Below, in pieces: positions 35,434 through 44,525 of a stretch of 64,000 nt of DNA (position 1 is the stretch's first letter; every line of letters starts with the position of its first letter). The notes below the pieces were generated by a model that saw only the letters and a list, made by a program, of their open reading frames with translations, had not been told where the DNA came from and did not search any database. The DNA is taken from NCBI RefSeq assembly GCF_035594765.1, contig NC_085842.1, positions 33,394,782 through 33,458,781 of the forward strand, in the 5' to 3' direction. This stretch comes from Anolis carolinensis (Eukaryota). Position numbers and translations under genes: made by a program.

Positions 35434-37369
35434 CGCCAACTCCTGCCAAAGCTCTTCGCCCGCTACCGTTGTAGAGCCCACGCTGCCTCGTCCCTTCGGT
35501 ATCTTTGCAGACCGACTAGCCCCTTTCTACAATCAATGGGACTCTATTACTTCAGATGCGTGGGTTCTCCGCATTGTCCAAGACGGCTACGCCTTAGAGT
35601 TCATGGACCTCCCTCCTACGGGTCACGTTCTCCACTCAAACCCTTCCCCAGAGATACTGGCCGAAGTCGAAGCGCTACTGGCCAAAGGCGCTATCCGTCC
35701 CTCCCCTCCCGAACTGGACCCTCTAAGTTTCTTCTCCAGATACTTTACAGTCCCGAAAAGAGGAGGCGGGCTACGCCCGATTCTGGACTTAAGGGCACTC
35801 AATATATTCATTCGCCCCTCCAAATTCAGGATGGTCTCTATTGCCTCTATCCTCCCGATGCTGCAGCGGGGAGACTACTTTGCCTCCATAGACTTACGAG
35901 ACGCCTACTTCCACGTGGCGATACGAGAGGCGCACAGACGGTTCCTATGCTTCAAAGTTCTCGACCAAACCTACCAGTTTACCGTTTTGCCCTTCGGTCT
36001 CGTCACGGCCCCGAGGGTCTTCACCAAGGTTGTCGCCGCCGTAGCGGCTCACCTCAGGCTACATGGCATCACGGTCTTTCCTTATCTGGACGACTGGCTT
36101 CTCGTCGGACCCGACCCGGTTCTTCTCCAAAATCACGTCTCTTTCACGCTGCGTCTTCTAAAATCTCTCGGCCTCCAACTCAATTCCGAGAAGTCAAATC
36201 TCTCCCCGTCAACCCGAATCCGGTTCATCGGGGCCCTCTTCGACTCCGTCGCAGAGACTGTGTCACTTCCGTTCGACAGATTCCTGGCTCTCCGCCACCA
36301 TATCGCCCTTTGTCGATCTGCCCGGAGGGTCAGAGCCCGTGTCATTCAGGTCCTTCTAGGCCACATGGCCTCCACGGTTCTCACGACCCCGTTTGCCAGG
36401 CTGCGCCTTCGGACCCTGCAAAGGTGGTTTATAGACACTTTCAAACCGTTCCACCACCACAACTCCAGATACCTGTCGGTACCGTCGTCCGTCCGACAGT
36501 CTCTCTCATGGTGGATGTCTCACCAAAACGTGTGCAAGGGCCTTCCTTTCCATCCAGCCCCGCCATCGCTAACCATAACCACAGACTCCTCCACCTACGC
36601 TTGGGGAGCCCACATGAACGGTCTAACGGTTCAAAATCTTTGGTCCCCGTCAGAGAGGGCCAACCACATAAACTTCCTCGAACTTCTTGCCATTCTCAAG
36701 GCCCTAAAAGCATTCTCCCCCCTCATCCGCCACAAGTCCATCCTCATTCAATCGGACAATCTAGTAGCAGTATTCTACATCAACAAACAGGGTGGTACGG
36801 GTTCGAGGAAACTAATGCTCCTCTCCTCTCGTCTCTGGATTTGGTGCATAGCCCACGGCGTACAGATCTCTGCAATCCACCTACCGGGCGCCCAAAACGG
36901 CTTAGCGGATGCCCTCAGCAGGATGACTTCTTCCTCTCACGAATGGAAGCTCGATCCCGAGGTCCTCGACGGTCTGTTCCGCCTCTGGGGGCGCCCTACT
37001 CTGGATCTCTTCGCGTCTCCCCACAACGCCCAACTACCCCGCTACGGAGCGAGGCTCCCCCCGAACTCTTTCCCCGGCTGCCTAGGGGATGCCTTTCTTC
37101 TGGACTGGTCGGCGGAGATGCTTTATCTTTTTCCACCGATTCCCCTCATACCGAAAGTTCTCGAAAAACTTCTCTCGATCTCGGTCACGGCGATTCTCAT
37201 AGCTCCGGCCTGGCCCCGCCAACCGTGGTATCCAGCCCTTCTTCGCCTCTCCAGAGGTTCGTTTCACCCTCTGCCTCTCTCGCCGCACCTTCTCTCACGG
37301 GAGGACGGCAAAATTCTTCACCCGGACCTTTCTTCCCTTCATCTCACTGCATGGAAGATTCTTACCTAG
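35132..37369 (+). CDS. DIRS1 ORF2: RT - RNase H - DNA N6-adenine-methyltransferase-like domain (true start uncertain)
   Basis: LRPILDLR, SIDLRDAYFH, LPFGL, YLDD; TDSS...WGA, HINFLEL, SDN, ADALSR; LDLFAS...DAF...YLFPP. Confidence 0.93.
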   Translation: MRTFPLTRSDCFTPVPMTNSSLIMTLKFLRLNVATNLNLSALAGSRTVPAVSRRNLSDTILSGGLRARTIKPITNLAGDLIRKSNAVDPPLLLRSLIGVPDANSCQSSSPATVVEPTLPRPFGIFADRLAPFYNQWDSITSDAWVLRIVQDGYALEFMDLPPTGHVLHSNPSPEILAEVEALLAKGAIRPSPPELDPLSFFSRYFTVPKRGGGLRPILDLRALNIFIRPSKFRMVSIASILPMLQRGDYFASIDLRDAYFHVAIREAHRRFLCFKVLDQTYQFTVLPFGLVTAPRVFTKVVAAVAAHLRLHGITVFPYLDDWLLVGPDPVLLQNHVSFTLRLLKSLGLQLNSEKSNLSPSTRIRFIGALFDSVAETVSLPFDRFLALRHHIALCRSARRVRARVIQVLLGHMASTVLTTPFARLRLRTLQRWFIDTFKPFHHHNSRYLSVPSSVRQSLSWWMSHQNVCKGLPFHPAPPSLTITTDSSTYAWGAHMNGLTVQNLWSPSERANHINFLELLAILKALKAFSPLIRHKSILIQSDNLVAVFYINKQGGTGSRKLMLLSSRLWIWCIAHGVQISAIHLPGAQNGLADALSRMTSSSHEWKLDPEVLDGLFRLWGRPTLDLFASPHNAQLPRYGARLPPNSFPGCLGDAFLLDWSAEMLYLFPPIPLIPKVLEKLLSISVTAILIAPAWPRQPWYPALLRLSRGSFHPLPLSPHLLSREDGKILHPDLSSLHLTAWKILT

Positions 37370-38388
37370 CCTCTCTTCCGCAGAATCTGCGAGACGTCCT
37401 GCGGGCAGCCCATAAGCCGTCTACTACCAAGGCTTATTCCTACAAACTCTCTCGCTTTCATGCCTTCCTTCGATCCCGTAACGTCGACACCTTCCCGACC
37501 TCGGTATCGGTGGTCCTCGACTTCCTCATGACTCTCGTCGAGAAGAAACTTTCTCTTGCCTCTATAAAAGCTTATCTCGCAGCTCTTTCCTGGTCCTTTC
37601 AGCGCCACGGCCAGCCATCTCTTTTTTCTCACCACCTGATCAAAACCTTTCTCCGGGGCTACAATAACATCTGCCCGCCGTCGCTACCACCTACGCCGGG
37701 CTGGAGCCTCGAACTTGTACTTTCTCAGCTGTCTTCTGCTCCCTTCGAACCGCTTGCCTCGACCGATCTACGCCTGCTCTCCTGGAAGTTGGCCTTTCTG
37801 GTGGCGATCACGTCGGCACGACGGCCATCCGAGCTCGCTGCCCTCAGAGTCGACGAGCCTTATCTTCGTTTCCACCATGACCGCGCTGTTCTTCGCCCGG
37901 ACATTACCTTTCTTCCTAAGGTGGTGTCAGCCTTCCACCTCAACCAGGACATTGTCTTACCAGCTTTCTTCTCTAACCCCTCCTCTCCTCTCGAGCAAAA
38001 ACTGCACCTTCTCGACGTTCGGAGAGCACTTCTTTTCTACAGGGATCGTACTAAGGACATTCGTAAGTCACAAAGACTCTTTGTCGCCTATGCCCAGGAC
38101 AAGTTGGGTAATCCTATTTCTTCCCAAAGACTGTCCCACTGGATCGCTCAGGCCATTGAGTTGGCCTATGAACTAGCCAAGCGACCTCCCCCTCCTTCCA
38201 TCCGCCCGAGGTCGACTAGGGGCCTCTCGGCGTCGACCGCCTTCCTTAGGGGTATTCCGCTTGACTCCATATGTAAAGCGGCTATCTGGTCAAACCCTCT
38301 CACGTTTGTCTCTCACTACAGGCTGGACAGTAAAGCCCTTAAAGACTCGGCCTTTGCAAGATCAGTACTCTCATCTTGCCTCTCCTGA
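35536..38388 (+). CDS. DIRS1 ORF3 tyrosine recombinase (recognisable domain from the ATG at 37351)
   Basis: STTKAYSYKL, SIKAYLAALS, AITSARRPSEL (catalytic Arg), LDVRRAL, RSTR, AAIWSNPLTFVSHY (catalytic Tyr). Confidence 0.9.
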   Translation: MGLYYFRCVGSPHCPRRLRLRVHGPPSYGSRSPLKPFPRDTGRSRSATGQRRYPSLPSRTGPSKFLLQILYSPEKRRRATPDSGLKGTQYIHSPLQIQDGLYCLYPPDAAAGRLLCLHRLTRRLLPRGDTRGAQTVPMLQSSRPNLPVYRFALRSRHGPEGLHQGCRRRSGSPQATWHHGLSLSGRLASRRTRPGSSPKSRLFHAASSKISRPPTQFREVKSLPVNPNPVHRGPLRLRRRDCVTSVRQIPGSPPPYRPLSICPEGQSPCHSGPSRPHGLHGSHDPVCQAAPSDPAKVVYRHFQTVPPPQLQIPVGTVVRPTVSLMVDVSPKRVQGPSFPSSPAIANHNHRLLHLRLGSPHERSNGSKSLVPVREGQPHKLPRTSCHSQGPKSILPPHPPQVHPHSIGQSSSSILHQQTGWYGFEETNAPLLSSLDLVHSPRRTDLCNPPTGRPKRLSGCPQQDDFFLSRMEARSRGPRRSVPPLGAPYSGSLRVSPQRPTTPLRSEAPPELFPRLPRGCLSSGLVGGDALSFSTDSPHTESSRKTSLDLGHGDSHSSGLAPPTVVSSPSSPLQRFVSPSASLAAPSLTGGRQNSSPGPFFPSSHCMEDSYLASLPQNLRDVLRAAHKPSTTKAYSYKLSRFHAFLRSRNVDTFPTSVSVVLDFLMTLVEKKLSLASIKAYLAALSWSFQRHGQPSLFSHHLIKTFLRGYNNICPPSLPPTPGWSLELVLSQLSSAPFEPLASTDLRLLSWKLAFLVAITSARRPSELAALRVDEPYLRFHHDRAVLRPDITFLPKVVSAFHLNQDIVLPAFFSNPSSPLEQKLHLLDVRRALLFYRDRTKDIRKSQRLFVAYAQDKLGNPISSQRLSHWIAQAIELAYELAKRPPPPSIRPRSTRGLSASTAFLRGIPLDSICKAAIWSNPLTFVSHYRLDSKALKDSAFARSVLSSCLS

Positions 38389-38840
38389 CTCTCAGACGTT
38401 TTTCTCTTCATATTCACCCACAGGTGACTCTCTATACCTCTCCTTCAAGTTGGACGGGGTTTTTTCCCCATACCTGCCTCTAGGGATATGTGTTTTTTCC
38501 CATGATTGTATTGAGCAGTTGCTCTGTTGCTTTGTACCGCCTCGTTGGCCCTGGCGGATATGCCAAAGACCAAGATGTGTTTGTCCCTCTCCCCCTGGGA
38601 GAGCGTTTATATGCACTACGCAATTGTGTATTTTTCTCTATCATGTTTATTGAAAAATTCCTTCCATGTTATGTTCTTCTTCTATGATGCTCATGTTGCA
38701 TTGCACTGGTCCTTTCGGACAATTTATTGCACTGGTCCCTTGGGACGGTTGTTTTTTCTATGTCCTAATAAACATGTGTTTGGACATTCACTGATTGTCG
38801 AGTTTGCCTTGTCCCACCATCCGGGACCTTAGCGTGTTAG

Positions 38841-38935
38841 TCTCCATTAGTGTGCATTCACAGAGTACACGAAGAAAAAGGACAGGTTGCTCACCTGTAA
38901 CCATGTTTCTTCGAGTGTACTCTGTGAATTCACAC
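38841..38935. repeat. DIRS internal complementary region (ICR)
   Basis: First half is the reverse complement of the left terminus (33132-33171); second half is the reverse complement of the right terminus (39127-39184). Confidence 0.95.
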
Positions 38936-39544
38936 AAACCCGCCCTTCCTTCCCCTCTGGCAAACCTCTCCCTTTCTCGTTGCCTTGGCGGCGTAGGAAC
39001 TGGAGAGCGGGCGCCTGGGGCTGCCTTATATGCCCCTTGGGAAGGGGGGCGTGGTTACCGCCAAAATTTGAACTTCAGCTTGGAAGAGTTTCCGTCGGAA
39101 CCTGCGCAGGCGCAGCTTCTCCATTAGTGTGAATTCACAGAGTACACTCGAAGAAACATGGTTACAGGTGAGCAACCTGTCCTTATAGGCCTTCAGATAG
39201 CCTAGATCAAAGCCTGAAGCATGCTCCCTTTGTTACAAGTAAACGTGGCCTGTTTCAATGACTGGCTCATATTGTCGCACCATCAGTGCCTGTCCCCAGG
39301 CTCACATGTGCCACTACAACGGGGCAAGAACTTGAAGTGCTCCTCAACTTTGGTTCACTCCTTTTCAGCAGCCCTCTGTAAGAATTCCTTTTGAACACCT
39401 ACAGAAAATAGGCTTTCCTCATCCCCTGGTTTCCACCCAGAAGAACACAAGGATAATATACTTCACACAGCCCAGGTGAAGTGCAGATTCTGCTCAAGGC
39501 AGCAGACATGGCAACATTGTGCGCCACACTGTCTTCCTCTGTAA

Positions 39545-39678
39545 CAGGCATGGGCAAACTTCAGCCCTCTAGGTATTTTGGAATTTAATTCCCACAATTT
39601 CTAACAGCCTACCGCCTGTTAGGAACTGTGGGAGTTGAAGTCCAAAACAGCTGGAGGGCCGAAGTTTGCCCATGCCTG
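39545..39678. mobile_element. Palindromic hAT MITE (second family)
   Basis: TIR CAGGCATGGGCAAACTTC / GAAGTTTGCCCATGCCTG; 8-bp TSD CTCTGTAA / CTCTATAA. A related shorter copy lies at ~5408-5498. Confidence 0.88.
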
Positions 39679-39759
39679 CTCTATAAGCAAAAGGGCAGAA
39701 TCCACAAATTAGGAGCAACATTTTAAAAGCTTCTTCCAGATGAACAGCTCCCATAATTT

Positions 39760-40035
39760 TTGTTGCTATTAACTGCCATCAAGTCAGGTTTGGCCTGTGG
39801 CAACCCTATGAATGGGAGACTTCCACGTCACCTTGTTATCTACAGTCCTGCTCAAGTCTTGTGGATTCAGAGTTGTGGCCCCTTTGATTGAGTCCATCCA
39901 CCTGAAATGTCACCTTCCCCTTTTCCTGCTGCCTTCTACTTTGCCAAGCATTATTGTCTTTTCTAGTGACTCATGTCTTTTTATGGTATGTCCATAGTAC
40001 AATAGTCTCAGTTTAGTAATTTTGGCTCCTGGGGA
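39760..40035 (-). mobile_element. Old RTE/BovB-like 3' fragment
   Basis: Reverse complement resembles the 3' end of the RTE at ~55950-56100. Confidence 0.6.
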
Positions 40036-40763
40036 GAGTTCAGTTTCTGTAGTGGTGGCTGTACACCTATATTCTCTGAAAACATTTTTACATTTTATTT
40101 GGAGACTTCAGGTAGGACAATACTGCACAAGCTGGTATTCTTATGAGAAGCCATGTTCCATTTTAAAGCTACTGCCTCCAAGCCAAAAGGATTCTCAGTT
40201 GCAAAATATCTGTGCTTGGCTTACAATTCTGTACTTGCTTATTGCGTGTTGTGTATAAACTAAGGGAAATGTAACATTAATGTGTGAAATAATACATGTG
40301 TAGGTCAAAGTGAGAACATTATTTGCCATGGATTGATAAAGATCTCCAGAGGTTCAGCAAAATTGTCATCTCTCTTAGTGTCTATATTACATAAGATAAT
40401 TCAATGTCAGGATTGTGTGTGTGTTCTTTGGCTTAGGACAGTAACTGGCATGTCGTGACAAGGACAGAAAAAAGGGCTGTAAAGAATCTTGGAAGCAACT
40501 TGCATTGACAAATATGCAAACAGTTAAACTATAATAATTGGATTGACTTCAAAGAAGTGGATTGAAATGTTAAAAGAAATCAATCTCAAATATGTTGCTA
40601 GATTCCTTCCTTCTTTCTTCCAACCCCATAATCCCTTTTTCTTGTTTAAGTTTGTATGAAGTTTTAGATGCAGGAGCAAAATACAGTCTAATAATGTCAA
40701 ATATGTTTGAAGCTTTCCATTTTTGCCAACAAGTTAGGACTGATTTTGAGTATTTGTTTTCAG

Positions 40764-40838
40764 GATTATGTAGATGCTCCATTAAGCATCCCAGTCTCTC
40801 TCACGCGGCCATTAAACATAGACTGGAGCGAGTATCAG
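40764..40838 (+). CDS. MTMR14: MTMR14 coding exon 9
   Basis: DYVDAPLSIPVSLTRPLNIDWSEYQ; CAG / GTAAGA. Confidence 0.95.
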
Positions 40839-41728
40839 GTAAGATGAGCAGTTGGGATCGTCGTTTAGTTTCTCCTTTTGTTGTTGGCTAGGCTAGTTCA
40901 AAAGATTCTAGGCTCTGTAATAAAAACAAGTGAATGTTTCCATGCTGCACACATGAGACATGAATGGTATAGCTCTCCCCATGTTACACCTGCAGCTGAT
41001 ATTTAGTAGTTATGTAGGAGCACTGTCTCACGTTACTGGGATGCAGAATTGTGGAGGCTTCTTGTATCAAGTTGTAATTGGCTTTTTAAAAATTAATATA
41101 TATTCAAAGCACCTTACAATGCTTAAAGCATTTTAACATCTGTCATTAAAGTGTAATAACCCCTTAGCAATATAAAACATAAAATATAGGGGCAGAAGAT
41201 GTAAAATCATCAGAAAGCAGCCAGGCCTTAGCAAACCCTTTTAAATATGTAGGTTGTCTTTTTTTCTAAATTGAGCTTAAGATGCTCTGCATATGGAAAC
41301 AGTATAAGGTCAGAGAAGTGATGCTTAGGAATAAGAATTCAATACAGTGGCAGAGCACCTGTACTGCATGTAGAAAGTCACCTTTTCAGTCTCTAACATC
41401 TTTACATACTATTCAGAGGTTCTTCCCTGAAACTCTGGAGAGCCAAGCCCAGACAAGGTTTCCATGAGCCACCTGTAGACTGGGATGTATTTGTCATGCT
41501 AACAAAAGGATTCTGGGAGCTGTAGCCTAAAAGTAACTTCCTTAATCTGTGGGATTAAAGAACATCAAATCTTTCCAAAGTATTGTGACTTCTTTTTCTG
41601 CATAGCATTCTGGAGAGAAGGCCTTGAGAATTTTCAGAAGATTCTGTAAACTTTTCTTTTTGTGCTGTTCTGAAATGGACTAAAATACCATACTATACTG
41701 TATAACGGCATTGAATGTTTGCCATATA

Positions 41729-42078
41729 CAGTAGAGTCTCACTTATCCAAGCTAAACGGGCTGGCAGAAGCTTGGATAAGCGAATATCTTGAATAATAAG
41801 GAGGGATTAAGGAAAAGCCTATTAAACATCAAATTAAGGAAAAGCCTATTAAACATCAAATTAGGTTATGATTTTACAAATTAAGCACCAAAACTTCATG
41901 TTATACAACAAATTTGACAGAAAAAATAGTTCAATACGCAGTAATGTTATGTTGTAATTACTGTATTTATGAATTTAGCACCAAAATATCATGATATATT
42001 GAAAACATTGACTACAAAAATGGCTTGGATTATCCAGAGGCTTGGATAAGCGAGGCTTGGATAAGTGAGACTCTACTG
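41729..42078. mobile_element. Tc1/mariner MITE (same family as 4258, opposite orientation)
   Basis: TIR CAGTAGAGTCTCACTTATCCAAG / CTTGGATAAGTGAGACTCTACTG; TA TSD; internal ~27-bp tandem duplication at ~41807-41862. Confidence 0.93.
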
Positions 42079-42088
42079 TATGTGTTCT

Positions 42089-44398
42089 AATCTAATCTTA
42101 ACAAATGTGGAAGACCTGATCAATACAGTTGAAGTGGTTGGATCCTTAGGGGCAAGTGACCATGTGCTCCTGCAGTTTGCAATACAAAGGAATGCTGAAA
42201 CTAAGACAAGTCAAACACGCTTTCTGGACTTTAAGAGAGCTGACTTCCAAAAAATGAAGGAATTACTGAGCGGCATTCCATGGACGCCGATATTAAAAAA
42301 CAAGGGAGTTAAGGATGGATGGGAGTTTTTCAAAAGTGAAATACTCACGGCGCAAATGCAAACAGTGCCAACAAAGAAGAAAAATAAGACAAGTGCAAAG
42401 AAGCCAGAATGGATGTCCAAAGAACTTAGAACTGAGCTAAAGCTCAAAAGTGACATGCACAAGAAGTGGAAAAGGGGAGAAATCACCAAAGAAGAATTCA
42501 AACGTATAGTCAACACCTGTAGGGAAAAGGTTCGCAAGGCTAAAGCGCAAAATGAGCTCAGGCTTGCCAGGGACATAAAAAACAACAAAAAAGGCTTTTT
42601 TGCTTACGTTGGTAGAAAAAGGAAGAAAAAGGAGGCGATAGGGCCATTGCAAGGAGAAGATGGGGTGATGGCGACAGGGGACAGGGAAAAGGCAGAACTG
42701 CTCAATACCTTCTTTGCCTCGGTCTTCTCAGAAAAAGAAAGCCATCTTCAACCTCAGCAACACGGAATGGACGAAGGATTGGGGGAAATCCAACCCCAAA
42801 TAGGGAGACACGTTGTCCAGGAACACCTGGCCTCTCTAAACGAATTCAAGTCCCCAGGGCCAGATCAGCTACACCCAAGAGTACTGAAGGAACTAGCGGA
42901 AGTTATTTCAGAACCACTGGCAATTATCTTCGAGAGTTCTTGGAGAACGGGAGAAGTCCCAGCAGATTGGAGGAGGGCGAATGTGGTCCCTATCTTCAAG
43001 AAGGGAAAAAAGAACGACCCAAACAATTACCGTCCGGTCAGCCTCACATCAATACCAGGCAAAATTCTGGAAAAGATCATTAAGGAAGTGGTCTGCGAAC
43101 ACTTAGAAACAAATGCGGTCATTGCTAATAGTCAACACGGATTTACCAAAAACAAGTCATGCCAGACTAATCTGATCTCTTTTTTCGATAGAGTTACGAG
43201 TTGGGTCGATACAGGGAATGCTGTGGATGTAGCGTACCTGGATTTCAGTAAGGCCTTCGACAAAGTCCCCCACGACCTTCTGGCAAACAAACTAGTAAAA
43301 TGTGGGCTAGACAAAACTACGGTTAGGTGGATCTGTAATTGGCTAAGCGAACGAACCCAAAGGGTGCTCACCAATGCGTCGTCTTCATCATGGAAAGAAG
43401 TGACAAGTGGAGTGCCGCAGGGCTCCGTCCTGGGCCCGGTTCTGTTCAACATCTTTATTAACGACTTAGACGAAGGGTTAGAAGGCACGATCATCAAGTT
43501 TGCAGACGACACAAAACTGGGAGGGATAGCTAACACTCCAGAAGACAGGAGCAGAATTCAAAACGATCTTGACAGACTAGAGAGATGGGCCAAAACTAAC
43601 AAAATGAAGTTCAACAGGGACAAATGCAAGATACTTCACTTCGGCAGAAAAAATGGAAATCAAAGATACAGAATGGGGGACGCCTGGCTTGACAGCAGTG
43701 TGTGCGAAAAAGACCTTGGAGTCCTCGTGGACAACAAGTTAAACATGAGCCAACAATGTGATGCGGCTGCTAAAAAAGCCAATGGGATTCTGGCCTGCAT
43801 CAATAGGGGAATAGCGTCTAGATCCAGGGAAGTTATGCTCCCCCTCTATTCTGCCTTGGTCAGACCACACCTGGAATACTGTGTCCAATTTTGGGCACCA
43901 CAGTTGAAGGGAGATGTTGACAAACTGGAAAGCGTCCAGAGGAGGGCGACTAAAATGATTAAGGGTCTGGAGAACAAGCCCTATGAGGAGCGGCTTAAAG
44001 AGCTGGGCATGTTTAGCCTGCAGAAGAGAAGGCTGAGAGGAGACATGATAGCCATGTACAAATACGTGAAGGGAAGTCATAGGGAAGAGGGAGCAAGCTT
44101 GTTTTCTGCTGCCCTGCAGACTAGGACACGGAACAATGGCTTCAAACTACAGGAAAGGAGATTCCACTTGAACATCAGGAAGAACTTCCTCACTGTGAGA
44201 GCTGTTCGACAGTGGAACTCTCTCCCCGGGGCCGTGGTGGAGGCTCCTTCCTTGGAGGCTTTTAAGCAGAGGCTGGATGGCCATCTGTCGGGGGTGCTTT
44301 GAATGCGATTTCCTGCTTCTTAGCAGGGGGTTGGACTAGATGGCCCATGTGGTCTCTTCCAACTCTACTATTCTATGATTCTATGATTCTATGATTCT
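42089..44398 (+). mobile_element. 5'-truncated young CR1 LINE; ORF2 uninterrupted to its stop at 44302
   Basis: End of APE endonuclease (SDH), RT motifs [32 protein letters not shown]; short 3' UTR ending (ATTCTATG)n. Confidence 0.96.
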
Positions 44399-44451
44399 GT
44401 AATCCGCCCTGAGTCCCCTTGGAGAGAGAGAGCAAAATATAAATAAAGTAT

Positions 44452-44458
44452 ATTATTG

Positions 44459-44525
<67 letters not shown>
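44452..44525. repeat. (TTA)n microsatellite
   Basis: Visible triplet run at a SINE/LINE tail; similar runs at 53188-53241 and 57400-57461, and (GTT)n at 5858-5890. Confidence 0.95.

Larger units (their letters stand above)
33132..39184 (+). mobile_element. Complete DIRS1-like tyrosine-recombinase retrotransposon in MTMR14 intron 8
   Basis: Inverted terminal repeats (~33135-33294 and 38995-39184), internal complementary region 38841-38935, three overlapping ORFs, CTT at both junctions. Confidence 0.97.

Noticed and set aside
38841-39184. Repeat units that superficially resemble a CRISPR array or recombination cassette
   Set aside because: Fully explained by the DIRS ICR and right ITR; eukaryotic context with no spacers or cas genes.
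42065-42088. Start of the 745-aa ORF (MRLYCMCS)
   Set aside because: It comes from the MITE TIR and flank fused in frame to a 5'-truncated CR1; not a real start. The same MRLYC appears at 4567 for the same reason.
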